Part shown: positions 54,219 to 64,000 of the stretch, piece after piece
How the letters are laid out: the number at the start of each line of letters is the position of its first letter
How positions within the stretch are numbered: the stretch's first letter is position 1
Assembly: GCA_965208975.1 (NCBI GenBank)
Contig: CBDBQH010000003.1
Span: 1,604,792 to 1,668,791 of the forward strand
Source: Candidatus Poriferihabitaceae bacterium
Lineage (GTDB): Bacteria; Pseudomonadota; Gammaproteobacteria; Arenicellales; Poriferihabitantaceae
Direction: 5' to 3'
DNA length: 64,000 bases
Translations under genes and position numbers: made by a program
Notes under the pieces: model-generated
What the model was told of the DNA's origin: nothing
The model's database searches: none
The model's input: only the letters and a program-made list of their open reading frames with translations

Positions 54219-54506
54219 GATTCCCGTGGATTCCCGCTAATTCCCGCCTGTGGCGGGAATACCCCCCACCGAATCAGCCGGCGCCCGGCTTCTTCGACTC
54301 CCCCTCAAGGGGGGAGTGATTGGATTCCCGACCGTTATCGTAGGGGAGGGTCTTGTACCCTCCCGCAACCGCCGGAACGGGCATCAACGATAGCGGGCGG
54401 GCACAAGACCCGCCCCCCCGATCAAGCCGGGGGCAGGCTCTACGCATCGGTAATTACAGATTCCATATCATCGTGGATTCCCGTGGATTCCCGCCTGTGG
54501 CGGGGG
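54219..54506. repeat. Cluster of REP-like modules downstream of the autotransporter gene
   Basis: ggattcccgtggattcccgctaattcccgcctgtggcgggaat, an inverted copy of the 50480..50540 module at 54262..54321, an inverted copy of 50723..50773 at 54395..54444, and ggattcccgcctgtggcgggg at 54486. Confidence 0.85.
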
Positions 54507-54535
54507 GTGTCTGAGCCTGCGGTCTGCGGAGTGAT

Positions 54536-56227
54536 TCAACACACTCCACGATGGCGGAATGAATCCCGGCGAAAGCTGTACAACGCATCCGGGTCAACCG
54601 CAACATTCACCACCGCCGGTTTGCCGCAAGCGAGCGCCGCCTCGACGGCTCCGGCAATTTCTGAAACCCGGTCTGCACGATAACCGGCCGCCCCATATAA
54701 CTCTGCGACCTTGTCGAATGGCGGGCTGCTGACATCAGAGCCGATATATCTTTCCCCGAAAAAATCTCTCTGGTAGGCTTTTTCGGCGCCCCAGCACTGG
54801 TTATTCATGACGATGGTGGTGGTATTGATTCGGTTGTCCACGGCGGTGCTTAATTCCGACAGGGTCATGCCAAAGCCACCATCCCCCATCAGGCTGACCA
54901 CTGGACGTTCGGGGCGCGCAAGTTTTACGCCAAGCCCGCAGGCAAACGAAAAACCGACAAGGCCGAAATCCAGCGGCGTGAACAGGGATTTTGGTGTCCA
55001 GTAATTCAACGCATCCGTCGCCTGCAAACACAGGGTGCCTGCGTCCATGGTCACCGCCGCATCTTTTGACAGTACGTCGCGCAACGCTTTATACAACGCC
55101 GCGGGCTGAATCGGATAACGGTCAATGTCCGCGGCCTGAGCGCGCTTGTCAAGCCAGGTGGCACGGTCACGTTTGAAAGTTTCCGTCCATTGAGTCACTT
55201 CCTCCCGCGCTTTTTGTCTGGGCAGTTCCGTACACAGTTGTCTTGCAACAGAGCGGGCATCCGCCCAGATTCCCAGTTTCACGGGAAAATAACGACCAAT
55301 CGAGGTCGGTTCCAGTTCAACCTGGATGATGCTGGCTTGCTCGTTTATGTGGTCATACGAGTAGAAAGTCGAATTGAATCCCAATCGGGTTCCCAGCGCC
55401 AGGATGACATCCGCTTCGCGCATCAAACCGGATGCGACCGGATTTCCGCGCGGCCCCATTTGTCCCGCATTCAACGGATGACCAAACGGAATGGCGTCAC
55501 CGTGACCGGGGGAAGTTGTGACCGGCGCGTTCAATATCTCTGCCAGGGTAAGAATATCTTCGAATCCATCCGTATTCTTGATACCGCCGCCGATGGCGAT
55601 CACCGGCTTTTTTGCGGTAATCAGTATTTCTGTCGCTTGTTTGATTGCCTGATTCGACCCAATCGGGACGTTGTGTGTCCGATAAGCCGGTGGCGATTGA
55701 AAGGGAGGAAATTCGGCGGTATCGGCCAGCACATCCCGGGGCAGGTTCAGCTGTACCGGACCGCATCGTGGAGTCAACGCCACCCGAAACGCTTCACGGA
55801 ACATTTCCGGAATCCGTTTGGCATGAGTGACCGTCCAGGTTTTTTTCGTGACCGGAGTGAACAGTGATTGTTGATCCACTTCCTGGAACGCATCCCTGTA
55901 AACATGTTCCAAAGAGAGTGAGCCAGCGATGGCAACGACCGGAGAGAAAGCGGCTTTTGCCTGGGCCAGTCCGGTCACCAGATTGGTTGCCCCCGGCCCA
56001 TTCTGGCCGGCCAGGACCACGCCGGGTTGTGCCGAGGCCCGGGCATAGCCATCCGCTATATGTGCTCCTGTCCGCTCGTCATGTACTCCGATGAAATTGA
56101 CATCCCTGGCGTCATAAAGCGCGTCAAACATCTCCATAGTCGCTGAGCCGATCAGACCAAAAACATATTTTGTCTTTTCGGCCCGCAATGATTCCACCGC
56201 GGCTTGACCACCCGATAATTTTTTCAT
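54536..56227 (-). CDS. Thiamine-pyrophosphate-dependent enzyme (acetolactate-synthase-like family)
   Basis: The TPP motif GDGGFGMTLSELSTAVDNRINTTTIVMNN and the three-domain length (563 aa) support the family call. The specific substrate cannot be assigned. Confidence 0.8.
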   Translation of the reverse strand: MKKLSGGQAAVESLRAEKTKYVFGLIGSATMEMFDALYDARDVNFIGVHDERTGAHIADGYARASAQPGVVLAGQNGPGATNLVTGLAQAKAAFSPVVAIAGSLSLEHVYRDAFQEVDQQSLFTPVTKKTWTVTHAKRIPEMFREAFRVALTPRCGPVQLNLPRDVLADTAEFPPFQSPPAYRTHNVPIGSNQAIKQATEILITAKKPVIAIGGGIKNTDGFEDILTLAEILNAPVTTSPGHGDAIPFGHPLNAGQMGPRGNPVASGLMREADVILALGTRLGFNSTFYSYDHINEQASIIQVELEPTSIGRYFPVKLGIWADARSVARQLCTELPRQKAREEVTQWTETFKRDRATWLDKRAQAADIDRYPIQPAALYKALRDVLSKDAAVTMDAGTLCLQATDALNYWTPKSLFTPLDFGLVGFSFACGLGVKLARPERPVVSLMGDGGFGMTLSELSTAVDNRINTTTIVMNNQCWGAEKAYQRDFFGERYIGSDVSSPPFDKVAELYGAAGYRADRVSEIAGAVEAALACGKPAVVNVAVDPDALYSFRRDSFRHRGVC

Positions 56228-56240
56228 TTGCTGATGCGGA

Positions 56241-57278
56241 TCAGCTGAACGCGGGTATCACTTCATTGCAGAACAGTTGCAGTGATTTCTTCTGTTCTGC
56301 CTGACTCTGGCCCATGCTCGCGTAATAGACGAATTCATCCACCCCCACATCTTCCAGCTGTTTCAGTTTTTCGATTACCCGGTCGGGAGAGCCGAACATC
56401 AGGTTCTCCTCCAGTTTGTCTGGATAATACTGCTCGCGTTCGACCAGGTCTTCCAGAGGGATTTGACGGGGGAATCCGTTTACGACATCACCCAGGTTCC
56501 GGTACAGGTTCTCGAACAGCCCCATATTCGTTTGCAGTGACCGGATCGCCGCATCACGTCCCGCATTGTTCTCGTACAACGCAGTATGGCGCATCAGCGC
56601 AAAAACAGGACGTCCGCATTGCGGGTTTTTGGCGATTGATTCTTCCATTTGGGCTTTATAGAGCTGGACTTCATCGAAAGAGCGCGCCATCGGCCAGCAC
56701 AGGATGTTGCAGTCATTTTTCACTGCATAATCAAATGTGATCGGTGAGCGGGCGGCGACCCAGACGGGCGGGTGCGGTTTTTGCAGGGGTTTCGGGACGG
56801 AAGTGGTCGCCGGAAATGACCAGAATTCTCCATCGTGAGTATAATCGCCCTGCCACAGCGCTTTGACTGCGGGAAGCATTTCCTGCATGTAACGCCAGGC
56901 GTCCTGTTGCTTCAGGCCGGGACGCATGCGGTCGAATTCACGCTGATACGCACCGGAACCGATGCCGAATTCAAGACGGCCGCCGCTGATTATGTCCAGG
57001 AAAGCAGCCTCTCCCGCCAGCCGCACCGGATTCCAGTATGCCGCCACTGCGACAGCGGTGCCGAGGCGGACATCATTGGTATGGTTTGCCCACCAGGTCA
57101 GTATCTGGAACGGGTTGGGCGCCATGTTCATCTCAATCCCATGATGTTCCGCAGCCCAGACAATATGAAAACCGCCGCGATCCGCCATTTGTATGATTTC
57201 CAGTGTATGTCTCATCACCTCGCTGACCGACAGTGTGTTGTCGTTACGTTCCAGATTGTATGCGAGCTGAAATTTCAT
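56241..57278 (-). CDS. LLM-class (luciferase-like) flavin-dependent oxidoreductase
   Basis: The N-terminal GFHIVWAAEHHG and the overall length and pattern fit bacterial luciferase-like monooxygenases. Confidence 0.7.
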   Translation of the reverse strand: MKFQLAYNLERNDNTLSVSEVMRHTLEIIQMADRGGFHIVWAAEHHGIEMNMAPNPFQILTWWANHTNDVRLGTAVAVAAYWNPVRLAGEAAFLDIISGGRLEFGIGSGAYQREFDRMRPGLKQQDAWRYMQEMLPAVKALWQGDYTHDGEFWSFPATTSVPKPLQKPHPPVWVAARSPITFDYAVKNDCNILCWPMARSFDEVQLYKAQMEESIAKNPQCGRPVFALMRHTALYENNAGRDAAIRSLQTNMGLFENLYRNLGDVVNGFPRQIPLEDLVEREQYYPDKLEENLMFGSPDRVIEKLKQLEDVGVDEFVYYASMGQSQAEQKKSLQLFCNEVIPAFS

Positions 57279-57484
57279 GGGTTCTGATGGGATTTCAGGA
57301 ATTGTGGCACGGGAACTATAATGGAGCCTTTCCTCCGATGCAAGAAAGACACAGACAGAAAGACACAGACACCATCAATCCTCTTCCCGTGAGGCGGATT
57401 CGGTGGAATGCACAATCGCCCGTGGCGCTGCGGAGTGTGACTGCCCGGTCTGCGAGGGGCGTGGTTTTTTCACCTTGTCCGCGA

Positions 57485-58579
57485 TCAGTTTTCCAGTAGC
57501 CGGAAAATTTTCCTTACCGCAGAGGGCAGGCCGGGTGCGGTGTCCGTTGCCGGGGTGTACCACAGAGTATGCGCTTCATCCAGGATGGCGTCGGTTTTCG
57601 CAATGAGTGTGCAGATGACCGGGGTGATATTCAATTCAAAATGAGTGAACGCATGGATTATCCGAGCCAGTTCCGTTCCGGCATCCACTTCCAGTCCGAG
57701 TTCGCTCTGGCACCATTGCCGGTGATCAATCCCGAAGTCAGTGATTTGTGGAAATGACCATAGCCCGCCCCAGATTCCGGTCGGTGGACGTCTGAGCAAC
57801 AGATAACCGGATTTTCGATCAAGGTCGCCGGCTTTTCGGTCACGAATCAGCAACATCCGGATGTTTCGCACCGGACGTGTCTTTTTCGGCGCGGGTTCGG
57901 GAAGTTTATCCTGGAGATTCCGGTTGAACGCGATACAGCGGCGTTGCAGCGGACAAACCCGGCAATCCGGGCGGGCAGATACGCAAACGGTCGCGCCCAT
58001 ATCCATCATGGCCTGGGTGTAATCCGCAATCCGCGCCGCTGGGGTCAGCCGCTCTGCGATTTCCCATAATCTGTTACGGGTGGAGGCCTTGCCCGGATTC
58101 CCGAAGACACCGAAACAGCGGCTTAAGACTCGCTTTACATTGCCGTCCAGAACCGGGAGGCGTTGATGATCGGCGAGAGACAGAATGGCGCCTGCGGTGG
58201 AACGCCCGATGCCCGGCAAGGCGACCACGTCATCGAACGACAGGGGGAAAAGCCCGTCATACTGATCGCGGACCTGTTGCGCGGCGCGGTGCAGATTACG
58301 CGCTCTGGCGTAATAACCCAGCCCGGCCCAACAGGTCATGACCTCCTCCGAATCGGCGTTTGCCAGTGTGTCGATGTCTGCAAACCGGGCCATGAATTTT
58401 TGATAATACGGGATCACGGTTTCCACCCGGGTTTGCTGTAACATGATTTCTGAAACCCAGATCCGGTATGGCTCCCGGCTGTGTTGCCAGGGCAGTCCGC
58501 TCCGGCCATGCTGGTCAAACCATTCCAGTACAAGGCGGGAAAAATCGTTGTCCGGGTCTGAGCGGGCGGTTTCGTTCAT
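57485..58579 (-). CDS. mutY: A/G-specific adenine DNA glycosylase
   Basis: The HhH-GPD motif LPGIGRSTAGAI, the 4Fe-4S loop C..ARPDCRVCPLQRRC and a NUDIX-like C-terminal domain are present. Confidence 0.93.
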   Translation of the reverse strand: MNETARSDPDNDFSRLVLEWFDQHGRSGLPWQHSREPYRIWVSEIMLQQTRVETVIPYYQKFMARFADIDTLANADSEEVMTCWAGLGYYARARNLHRAAQQVRDQYDGLFPLSFDDVVALPGIGRSTAGAILSLADHQRLPVLDGNVKRVLSRCFGVFGNPGKASTRNRLWEIAERLTPAARIADYTQAMMDMGATVCVSARPDCRVCPLQRRCIAFNRNLQDKLPEPAPKKTRPVRNIRMLLIRDRKAGDLDRKSGYLLLRRPPTGIWGGLWSFPQITDFGIDHRQWCQSELGLEVDAGTELARIIHAFTHFELNITPVICTLIAKTDAILDEAHTLWYTPATDTAPGLPSAVRKIFRLLEN

Positions 58580-58740
58580 GTTGCGAGTCTATCGAAGATG
58601 ACGGCAGAAGCGAAACCTGAGCGAGGATAAAAGACTTTCTTTGAACTGAATATAAAAGACTTTCCCTGAAATAGCGTTTTTGTGACTGCTCAGTTGATGG
58701 CATAATCGAACCCGTTACAAACGAGACTCCGCTATCTGAT

Positions 58741-60624
58741 ATGATGAGAAAAAGTAATCCCGGACCCTGTTCAGGTACGGTCGGCAGGCTGTTCCATCGG
58801 CTGAGCGCAATCTGGCTGGTGACAGTTCCGGCAGCCCTGGCAGTCCTGGCGTTGCCCGGCACAGCGCCGGCTGAGGAAGGTGTCGTCAGGAAAACGGCGA
58901 TTGCGGAATTTGGTGAGCCATTATACGCAGCCGGCATCGAACACCTGCCATACGCCAACCCGGATGCGCCTTCGGGGGGCAAGATTGTGCTCAGTGATTT
59001 CGGCAGTTTCGATACCCTCAACACTTATGTGCAAAAGGGTGAATGGCCGTCCAGTATCGGCCTGGTATACGATGAATTGATGACCGGCTCCGGCGATGAA
59101 ATCGACGGACTGTATGGTCTCATTGCCGAGTCCGTCGAGTATCCGCCCGACAAGGGCTGGGCCATATTCAACCTGCGCGAAGAAGCGGTGTATCAGGATG
59201 GCATGCCGATTGTCGCGGAAGACTTCGTGTTTACGTTCGACACCATAAAGGAACATGGCAGACCGTTTTACCGATCTTTCTTCGAGGAGGTGACCGCTGC
59301 CGAGGCGCTGTCGCCGCAGCGGTTGAAGTTCACTTTTTCCAGCACGGACAGCATGAAGCCGATCATGACCGTCGCCGGGTTGTCGCCGTTGCCAGTGCAC
59401 TACTGGAAAGATCGGGATGTAACCGCTTCCACCCTGGAGCCGCCTTTGACCAGCGGCCCCTATCGGATAAAGGAGCTGGAGCCGGGGCGATCCATTACCT
59501 ACCAGCGGGTTGAGGATTATTGGGCGAAGGATCTACCGATCAATCGGGGACTGCATAACATTGGTGAGATTCGTTATGATTACTACAGAGATCTGACGGT
59601 TGAGTTCGAAGCCTTCAAGGCGGGCAAGATTGATTTTCGCCAGGAAGCGAGCGCCAAGCGCTGGGTGACGGAGTATGAACTGGATGAGGTGGCGAGCGGC
59701 GACATCATCCGATTCGAAATACCGAACAGGAATCCGCGTGGCATCGGCGGCTACTTCTTCAATATGAACCAACAGAAATTCAAGGATGCGCGTGTTCGTG
59801 AAGCCCTGATGGTTCTCTACGACTTCGAGACCATACAGCGTACATTGCTATACGGCAAGTACAAGCGCATCAGCAGCTACTTCCCGAATTCCGATTATGG
59901 ATCGACCGGCGCCCCGACCCCGGCCGTAAAGGCCATTCTGTCCGGGTTTGCCGGGGAGATTCCGGATGAAGCGCTGACCGAAGCCTTTGTTCCACCGAAA
60001 ACGGATGGCAGCGGACGTGATCGTACCAACCGAAGAGTCGCGTTGAGTCTGTTCAGACAAGCTGGCTGGGAGTTGCAGGACGGTCAATTGATTTCCACTG
60101 AATCCGGGCAGCCGTTTCAGCTGGAGCTAATGACCGCCTGGCCGGAGTCCCAACGCCTCGCTCTACCCTACGTAGAGAACCTGAAAAAATCAGGAATTGA
60201 CGCCTCCATCCGTCTGGTTGACACCTCGCAATGGAGAACCCGGATTTACGATTACGACTTTGATCTGTGGGTCGGAGGGCTGAACTTTTTCCCGCCTCCC
60301 GGCACCGAGCTTCGTAGCTTCTTCGGTTCTGCGTCCGCCGATGTTCGGGGTGGCAATTCGGGTGGAATCCGCAATCCTGTAGTTGACGCGCTGATCGAGC
60401 AAGCGATAGCGGCCAGGGATCTTGAAACCCTGCAAAATACTACGCGGGCGCTGGATCGAGTGTTGTTATGGAACCATTATGTGATTCCAACTTTTTACAA
60501 GGATGAAATCTGGGCGGCGCACTGGAATAAATTTGGTTCTCCCGCGCGCAAACCGATCTATGGCATCGGCTTCCCCGGTAGCTGGTGGATAGAGGCGGAC
60601 AGGGAAAGCGCCTTGAACCGCTAA
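58741..60624 (+). CDS. yejA: ABC transporter substrate-binding protein, family 5 (YejA-like)
   Basis: A signal peptide, a ~600-aa SBP_bac_5-like protein, and position upstream of yejB/E/F-like genes. Confidence 0.8.
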   Translation: MMRKSNPGPCSGTVGRLFHRLSAIWLVTVPAALAVLALPGTAPAEEGVVRKTAIAEFGEPLYAAGIEHLPYANPDAPSGGKIVLSDFGSFDTLNTYVQKGEWPSSIGLVYDELMTGSGDEIDGLYGLIAESVEYPPDKGWAIFNLREEAVYQDGMPIVAEDFVFTFDTIKEHGRPFYRSFFEEVTAAEALSPQRLKFTFSSTDSMKPIMTVAGLSPLPVHYWKDRDVTASTLEPPLTSGPYRIKELEPGRSITYQRVEDYWAKDLPINRGLHNIGEIRYDYYRDLTVEFEAFKAGKIDFRQEASAKRWVTEYELDEVASGDIIRFEIPNRNPRGIGGYFFNMNQQKFKDARVREALMVLYDFETIQRTLLYGKYKRISSYFPNSDYGSTGAPTPAVKAILSGFAGEIPDEALTEAFVPPKTDGSGRDRTNRRVALSLFRQAGWELQDGQLISTESGQPFQLELMTAWPESQRLALPYVENLKKSGIDASIRLVDTSQWRTRIYDYDFDLWVGGLNFFPPPGTELRSFFGSASADVRGGNSGGIRNPVVDALIEQAIAARDLETLQNTTRALDRVLLWNHYVIPTFYKDEIWAAHWNKFGSPARKPIYGIGFPGSWWIEADRESALNR

Positions 60625-60646
60625 TCATTCGTCCTTCCCTGCGACC

Positions 60647-61753
60647 ATGCTGGCTTATATCATTCGTCGATTGTTGCTGGTGGTTCCCACGCTGCTCGGC
60701 ATCATGGTCGTCAATTTTGCGATCATCCAGTTTGCGCCTGGCGGCCCGGTCGAGCAAACCATCGCGAAATGGCAGGGGCAGGCGGTGGAGGCCACCAGCC
60801 GGTTTTCCGGCGCCGGCGCGGATTTGCAGGGAGAAAGTAACGCCGCCGCTTCTGGCGGTGGCGGCGCAAGCAAGTATCGGGGGGCGCAAGGGTTAAGACC
60901 GGAAATTATCGCCGAGATTGAGAAGCAATACGGCTTTGACAAGCCGGCCCATCAGCGTTTCTTGAAAATGCTGGGGGACTACATCCGGTTTGACTTTGGC
61001 GAAAGTTACTACAGCAACAAGCGCGTCACCGAATTGCTGATCGAGAAAATGCCGGTCTCGATTTCTCTCGGACTCTGGACCACGCTGATCGTCTATCTGG
61101 TTTCGATTCCACTCGGTATCCGCAAGGCGGTGCGCGATGAATCGGCTTTTGATGTCTGGACCAGTGGAATGATTGTCATTGGTTACGCCATTCCCGGTTT
61201 TCTGTTCGCGATTTTGCTGGTTGTCGTGTTCTCGGGGGGAAAATACCTGGATCTCTTTCCATTGCGCGGATTGACCTCCGAGGGCTTTCATGAATTCCCC
61301 TGGTGGCGGCAGATACTGGATTATTTCTGGCATATTACCCTGCCCGTCCTGTCTATGGTGATCGGGGGATTTGCCACTCTCACCATGTTGACGAAAAATT
61401 CGTTTCTGGATCAGATCAAGCTACAGTATGTATTGACCGCGAGGGCAAAGGGGTTGTCCGAGAACCAGATTCTGTACGGTCATGTGTTCAGGAACGCGAT
61501 GCTCATTGTGATTGCCGGCTTTCCGGCGCTGTTCATTGGTATTTTGTTTACCGGGGCGTTATTGATCGAGGTGATTTTTTCCCTCGATGGCCTGGGGTTG
61601 CTGGGTTATGAGGCAGCCCTGAACCGGGATTATCCGGTGATGTTTGCGATTTTGTATATTTTTACACTGGTTGGATTGCTGATGCAGATTCTGCGTGATG
61701 TGATGTATACCATGATCGACCCCAGAATTGATTTTGAATCGAGGCCGCTGTAG
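60647..61753 (+). CDS. yejB: ABC transporter permease (YejB-like)
   Basis: The [37 protein letters not shown]-terminus is typical of the DppB/YejB class. Confidence 0.85.
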   Translation: MLAYIIRRLLLVVPTLLGIMVVNFAIIQFAPGGPVEQTIAKWQGQAVEATSRFSGAGADLQGESNAAASGGGGASKYRGAQGLRPEIIAEIEKQYGFDKPAHQRFLKMLGDYIRFDFGESYYSNKRVTELLIEKMPVSISLGLWTTLIVYLVSIPLGIRKAVRDESAFDVWTSGMIVIGYAIPGFLFAILLVVVFSGGKYLDLFPLRGLTSEGFHEFPWWRQILDYFWHITLPVLSMVIGGFATLTMLTKNSFLDQIKLQYVLTARAKGLSENQILYGHVFRNAMLIVIAGFPALFIGILFTGALLIEVIFSLDGLGLLGYEAALNRDYPVMFAILYIFTLVGLLMQILRDVMYTMIDPRIDFESRPL

Positions 61754-61756
61754 AAG

Positions 61757-62776
61757 ATGTCCCCGTTAAGCGCTCGCCGATGGGAAAATTTCAAGGCAAA
61801 CCGGCGGGGGTACTGGTCGCTGTGGATATTTCTGGCATTGTTTATCGCCGCCCTGATGTCGGAGTGGATCGCCAATGACAAGCCCATCCTGATCCGCTAC
61901 GACAACGCCTTCTACACTCCGATTCTCAATCACTATCCGGAAACTGCATTTGGCGGGGAGTTTGAACTGGAAGCGGAGTATCGGGACCCTTATGTACAAT
62001 CGCTGATTCTGGAAAAGGGCTGGATGATCTGGCCGTTGATCCCCTGGTCCTACAGTACCATTGACTATGAACTCGAAGTACCGGCGCCTTCACCGCCGTC
62101 CAGGCGACATTGGCTGGGGACAGATGACCAGGCCAGGGATGTCCTGGCGCGGGTAGTGTACGGATTTCGCGTCTCGGCGCTGTTCGGTTTGTTGTTGACC
62201 CTGCTGAGTTCCGTTATCGGCATCGCGGCCGGGGCTGTGCAGGGATACTTCGGCGGGCTGACCGACCTGGTCATGCAGCGATTTATCGAGGTATGGGAAG
62301 GACTGCCGATCCTGTATCTGCTGATTATCATGGCCGCGGTGATCGAACCCGGGTTTTTCAGTCTGCTGATCCTGATGCTGTTGTTCTCGTGGACCGGGCT
62401 GGTTGCGGTGGTGCGCGCCGAGTTTCTGCGTGTCCGTAATTTTGAATATATCCGCGCCGCCAGGGCTCTGGGTGTCCGTGACAGCCGCATCATGATCCGG
62501 CACATCCTGCCCAACGCAATGGTCGCGACCTTTACTTTCATGCCATTTATTCTAAGTGGTTCGGTTGCCACATTGACCAGCCTGGATTTTCTCGGCTTCG
62601 GATTGCCCGCTGGCTCCCCTTCTCTGGGAGAGTTACTGAATCAGGGCAAGAACAACCTGCAAGCGCCCTGGCTGGGCATGACCGGATTCACAGTGATTGG
62701 CCTGATGCTGTCGTTGCTGGTCTTTATCGGAGAAGCGGTGCGTGACGGCTTTGATCCGAGGAAGGTCTTCTCATGA
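61757..62776 (+). CDS. yejE: ABC transporter permease (YejE-like)
   Basis: The N-terminal MSPLSARRWENFKANRRGYWSLWIF is characteristic of YejE, and a DppC-like core (HWLGTDDQARDV) follows. Confidence 0.85.
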   Translation: MSPLSARRWENFKANRRGYWSLWIFLALFIAALMSEWIANDKPILIRYDNAFYTPILNHYPETAFGGEFELEAEYRDPYVQSLILEKGWMIWPLIPWSYSTIDYELEVPAPSPPSRRHWLGTDDQARDVLARVVYGFRVSALFGLLLTLLSSVIGIAAGAVQGYFGGLTDLVMQRFIEVWEGLPILYLLIIMAAVIEPGFFSLLILMLLFSWTGLVAVVRAEFLRVRNFEYIRAARALGVRDSRIMIRHILPNAMVATFTFMPFILSGSVATLTSLDFLGFGLPAGSPSLGELLNQGKNNLQAPWLGMTGFTVIGLMLSLLVFIGEAVRDGFDPRKVFS

Positions 62777-64000
62777 GCGCCCGGCCGATACTTGAGGTCA
62801 ATGACCTGTCGATCAGTTTTCGCCGCAAGGGCAGGGGGCGGGAAATCGTTTCCCATGTTGTCAAGGGAGTCGGGTTGGACCTGTATGCCGGGGAGACGGT
62901 GGCGCTGGTTGGAGAGTCGGGAGCGGGGAAATCCCTGGTCGCGCTGTCGGTGATGCAGTTGCTGCCTTATCCGCATGCCTTTCATCCGAGTGGTTCGATT
63001 ACCATTCAGGGAGAACAGCTGATCGGGGCTGACCAGTCTGCGTTGCGGCGGATACGCGGCAATCAGGTTTCCATTATTTTTCAGGAACCGATGACGGCTC
63101 TGAACCCGCTCCATACCATCGAAAAACAGATCGGTGAATCGCTGGCATTGCATCAGGGGATTCGCGATGAGCAGGCCAGGAAACGGATCGTGGCGCTGTT
63201 GGAGCGGGCCGGCGTCCACAATCCCGAATCCCGTCTGGCCGACTATCCCCACCAGTTATCCGGAGGCCAGCGCCAGCGGGTGATGATTGCGATGGCGCTG
63301 GCCAATCGCCCCGCTATTCTGCTGGCCGATGAACCGACTACCGCGCTGGACGTGACCGTACAGGCCAGGATTCTCGAATTGCTCAAGGAATTGCAGGATA
63401 CGGAGAATCTGGGCATCCTGTTGATTACCCATGACCTCAATATGGTGCGAAAGACAGCCGATCGTGTTCTGGTGATGAAAGACGGGAGACTGGTGGAAAC
63501 CGGCTCCGCAGTACAGATATTTACGTCTCCTGTCGAGGACTACACCCGGTTGCTGTTGTCGGCGGAGCCACAGCGAAGGCAAAAGCCGGGTGGCAAAGCC
63601 GAGCAGGTTCTGGCTGTGGATCATCTCAAGGTCTGGTTTCCGGTCAAGCGTGGGCTGCTTAAGAGAACCGTGGGTCACGTCAAGGCGGTCAACGACGTGT
63701 CATTGAAGCTGTATCCGGGTCGTACTGTGGGGTTGGTCGGAGAATCCGGTTCCGGCAAGACCACGCTGGCGCTGGCCTTATTGAAGCTGGTACGGTGTGA
63801 AGGTGACATAAGTCTGGACGGGGCGCCGCTCGGTGAACCGGGAGGCCTGCCGTTGGCGCAGGTGCGAAGAGCCATGCAGATTGTTTTTCAGGACCCTTAC
63901 GGTTCCCTGTCACCGCGATTGCCGATTGGCGAGATCGTCAGCGAAGGGCTGATGGCGCATGGACTGGTCACCGACCCCAAAGTCCGTGACCACAAAGTCG
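62773..64000 (+). CDS. yejF: ABC transporter ATP-binding protein with duplicated ATPase domains (YejF-like); the 3' end lies outside the window
   Basis: This ORF is not in the ORF track because it runs off the window. The ATG at 62773 overlaps the yejE stop (ATGA). Domain 1 has GESGAGKS...LSGGQRQRVMIAMAL...LLADEPTTALD and domain 2 starts with GESGSGKTT. Confidence 0.88.
   Translation, partial: MSARPILEVNDLSISFRRKGRGREIVSHVVKGVGLDLYAGETVALVGESGAGKSLVALSVMQLLPYPHAFHPSGSITIQGEQLIGADQSALRRIRGNQVSIIFQEPMTALNPLHTIEKQIGESLALHQGIRDEQARKRIVALLERAGVHNPESRLADYPHQLSGGQRQRVMIAMALANRPAILLADEPTTALDVTVQARILELLKELQDTENLGILLITHDLNMVRKTADRVLVMKDGRLVETGSAVQIFTSPVEDYTRLLLSAEPQRRQKPGGKAEQVLAVDHLKVWFPVKRGLLKRTVGHVKAVNDVSLKLYPGRTVGLVGESGSGKTTLALALLKLVRCEGDISLDGAPLGEPGGLPLAQVRRAMQIVFQDPYGSLSPRLPIGEIVSEGLMAHGLVTDPKVRDHKV

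Noticed and set aside
57305-57322. A TGGCAC motif resembling a sigma-54 -24 element
   Set aside because: The -12 position reads CTAT rather than TTGC, and no plus-strand gene lies downstream because mutY is on the minus strand.

Overview
This is a chromosomal segment of a moderately GC-rich Gram-negative bacterium. The gene content and order look gammaproteobacterial: glcB, tmcA, coaD-rsmD/ftsY, infA, glmUS, clpB, a polyamine-type ABC operon, hemE, gltBD-aroBK, mrcA, kdsD-lptCAB-hpf-ptsN-rapZ-npr-ptsI, mutY and yejABEF. About 55 CDSs can be supported, and no rRNA, tRNA or CRISPR array was seen. Most of the window is housekeeping, but several accessory or unusual parts stand out.

1. A 5.2-kb AT-richer island (25161..30478) sits at the 3' end of hemE and is bounded by 101-bp direct repeats. 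It carries a tightly coupled four-gene operon (HTH-fused Dcm methyltransferase, Vsr, EcoRII-like endonuclease, Zn-ribbon/DUF4145 protein), a YegP/membrane-protein module and a decayed HigA-like gene. A second decayed endonuclease fragment lies just outside the left repeat.

2. A family of coiled-coil plus PD-(D/E)xK-like proteins is present in three copies (1..150 partial, 1512..2174, 11953..12615). The copies share an identical leader and N- and C-termini but have a divergent, internally repetitive coiled-coil. Two copies bracket a hicBA-like pair.

3. A 3.3-kb ORF encodes a Calx-beta-repeat autotransporter. A perfect (GCCA)~27 tetranucleotide tract lies in its 5' region, and no canonical start codon lies next to its signal peptide. 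The gene is embedded in dense REP-like palindromic modules that recur in inverted orientation on both sides.

4. A Panacea/DUF4065 antitoxin-like gene overlaps a two-TM protein gene, next to a Fic fragment.

5. The conserved lptB-rpoN-hpf and kdsD-kdsC-lptC arrangements lack rpoN and kdsC here.

All functional calls rest on motif recognition by eye in the supplied translations. No database search was run.
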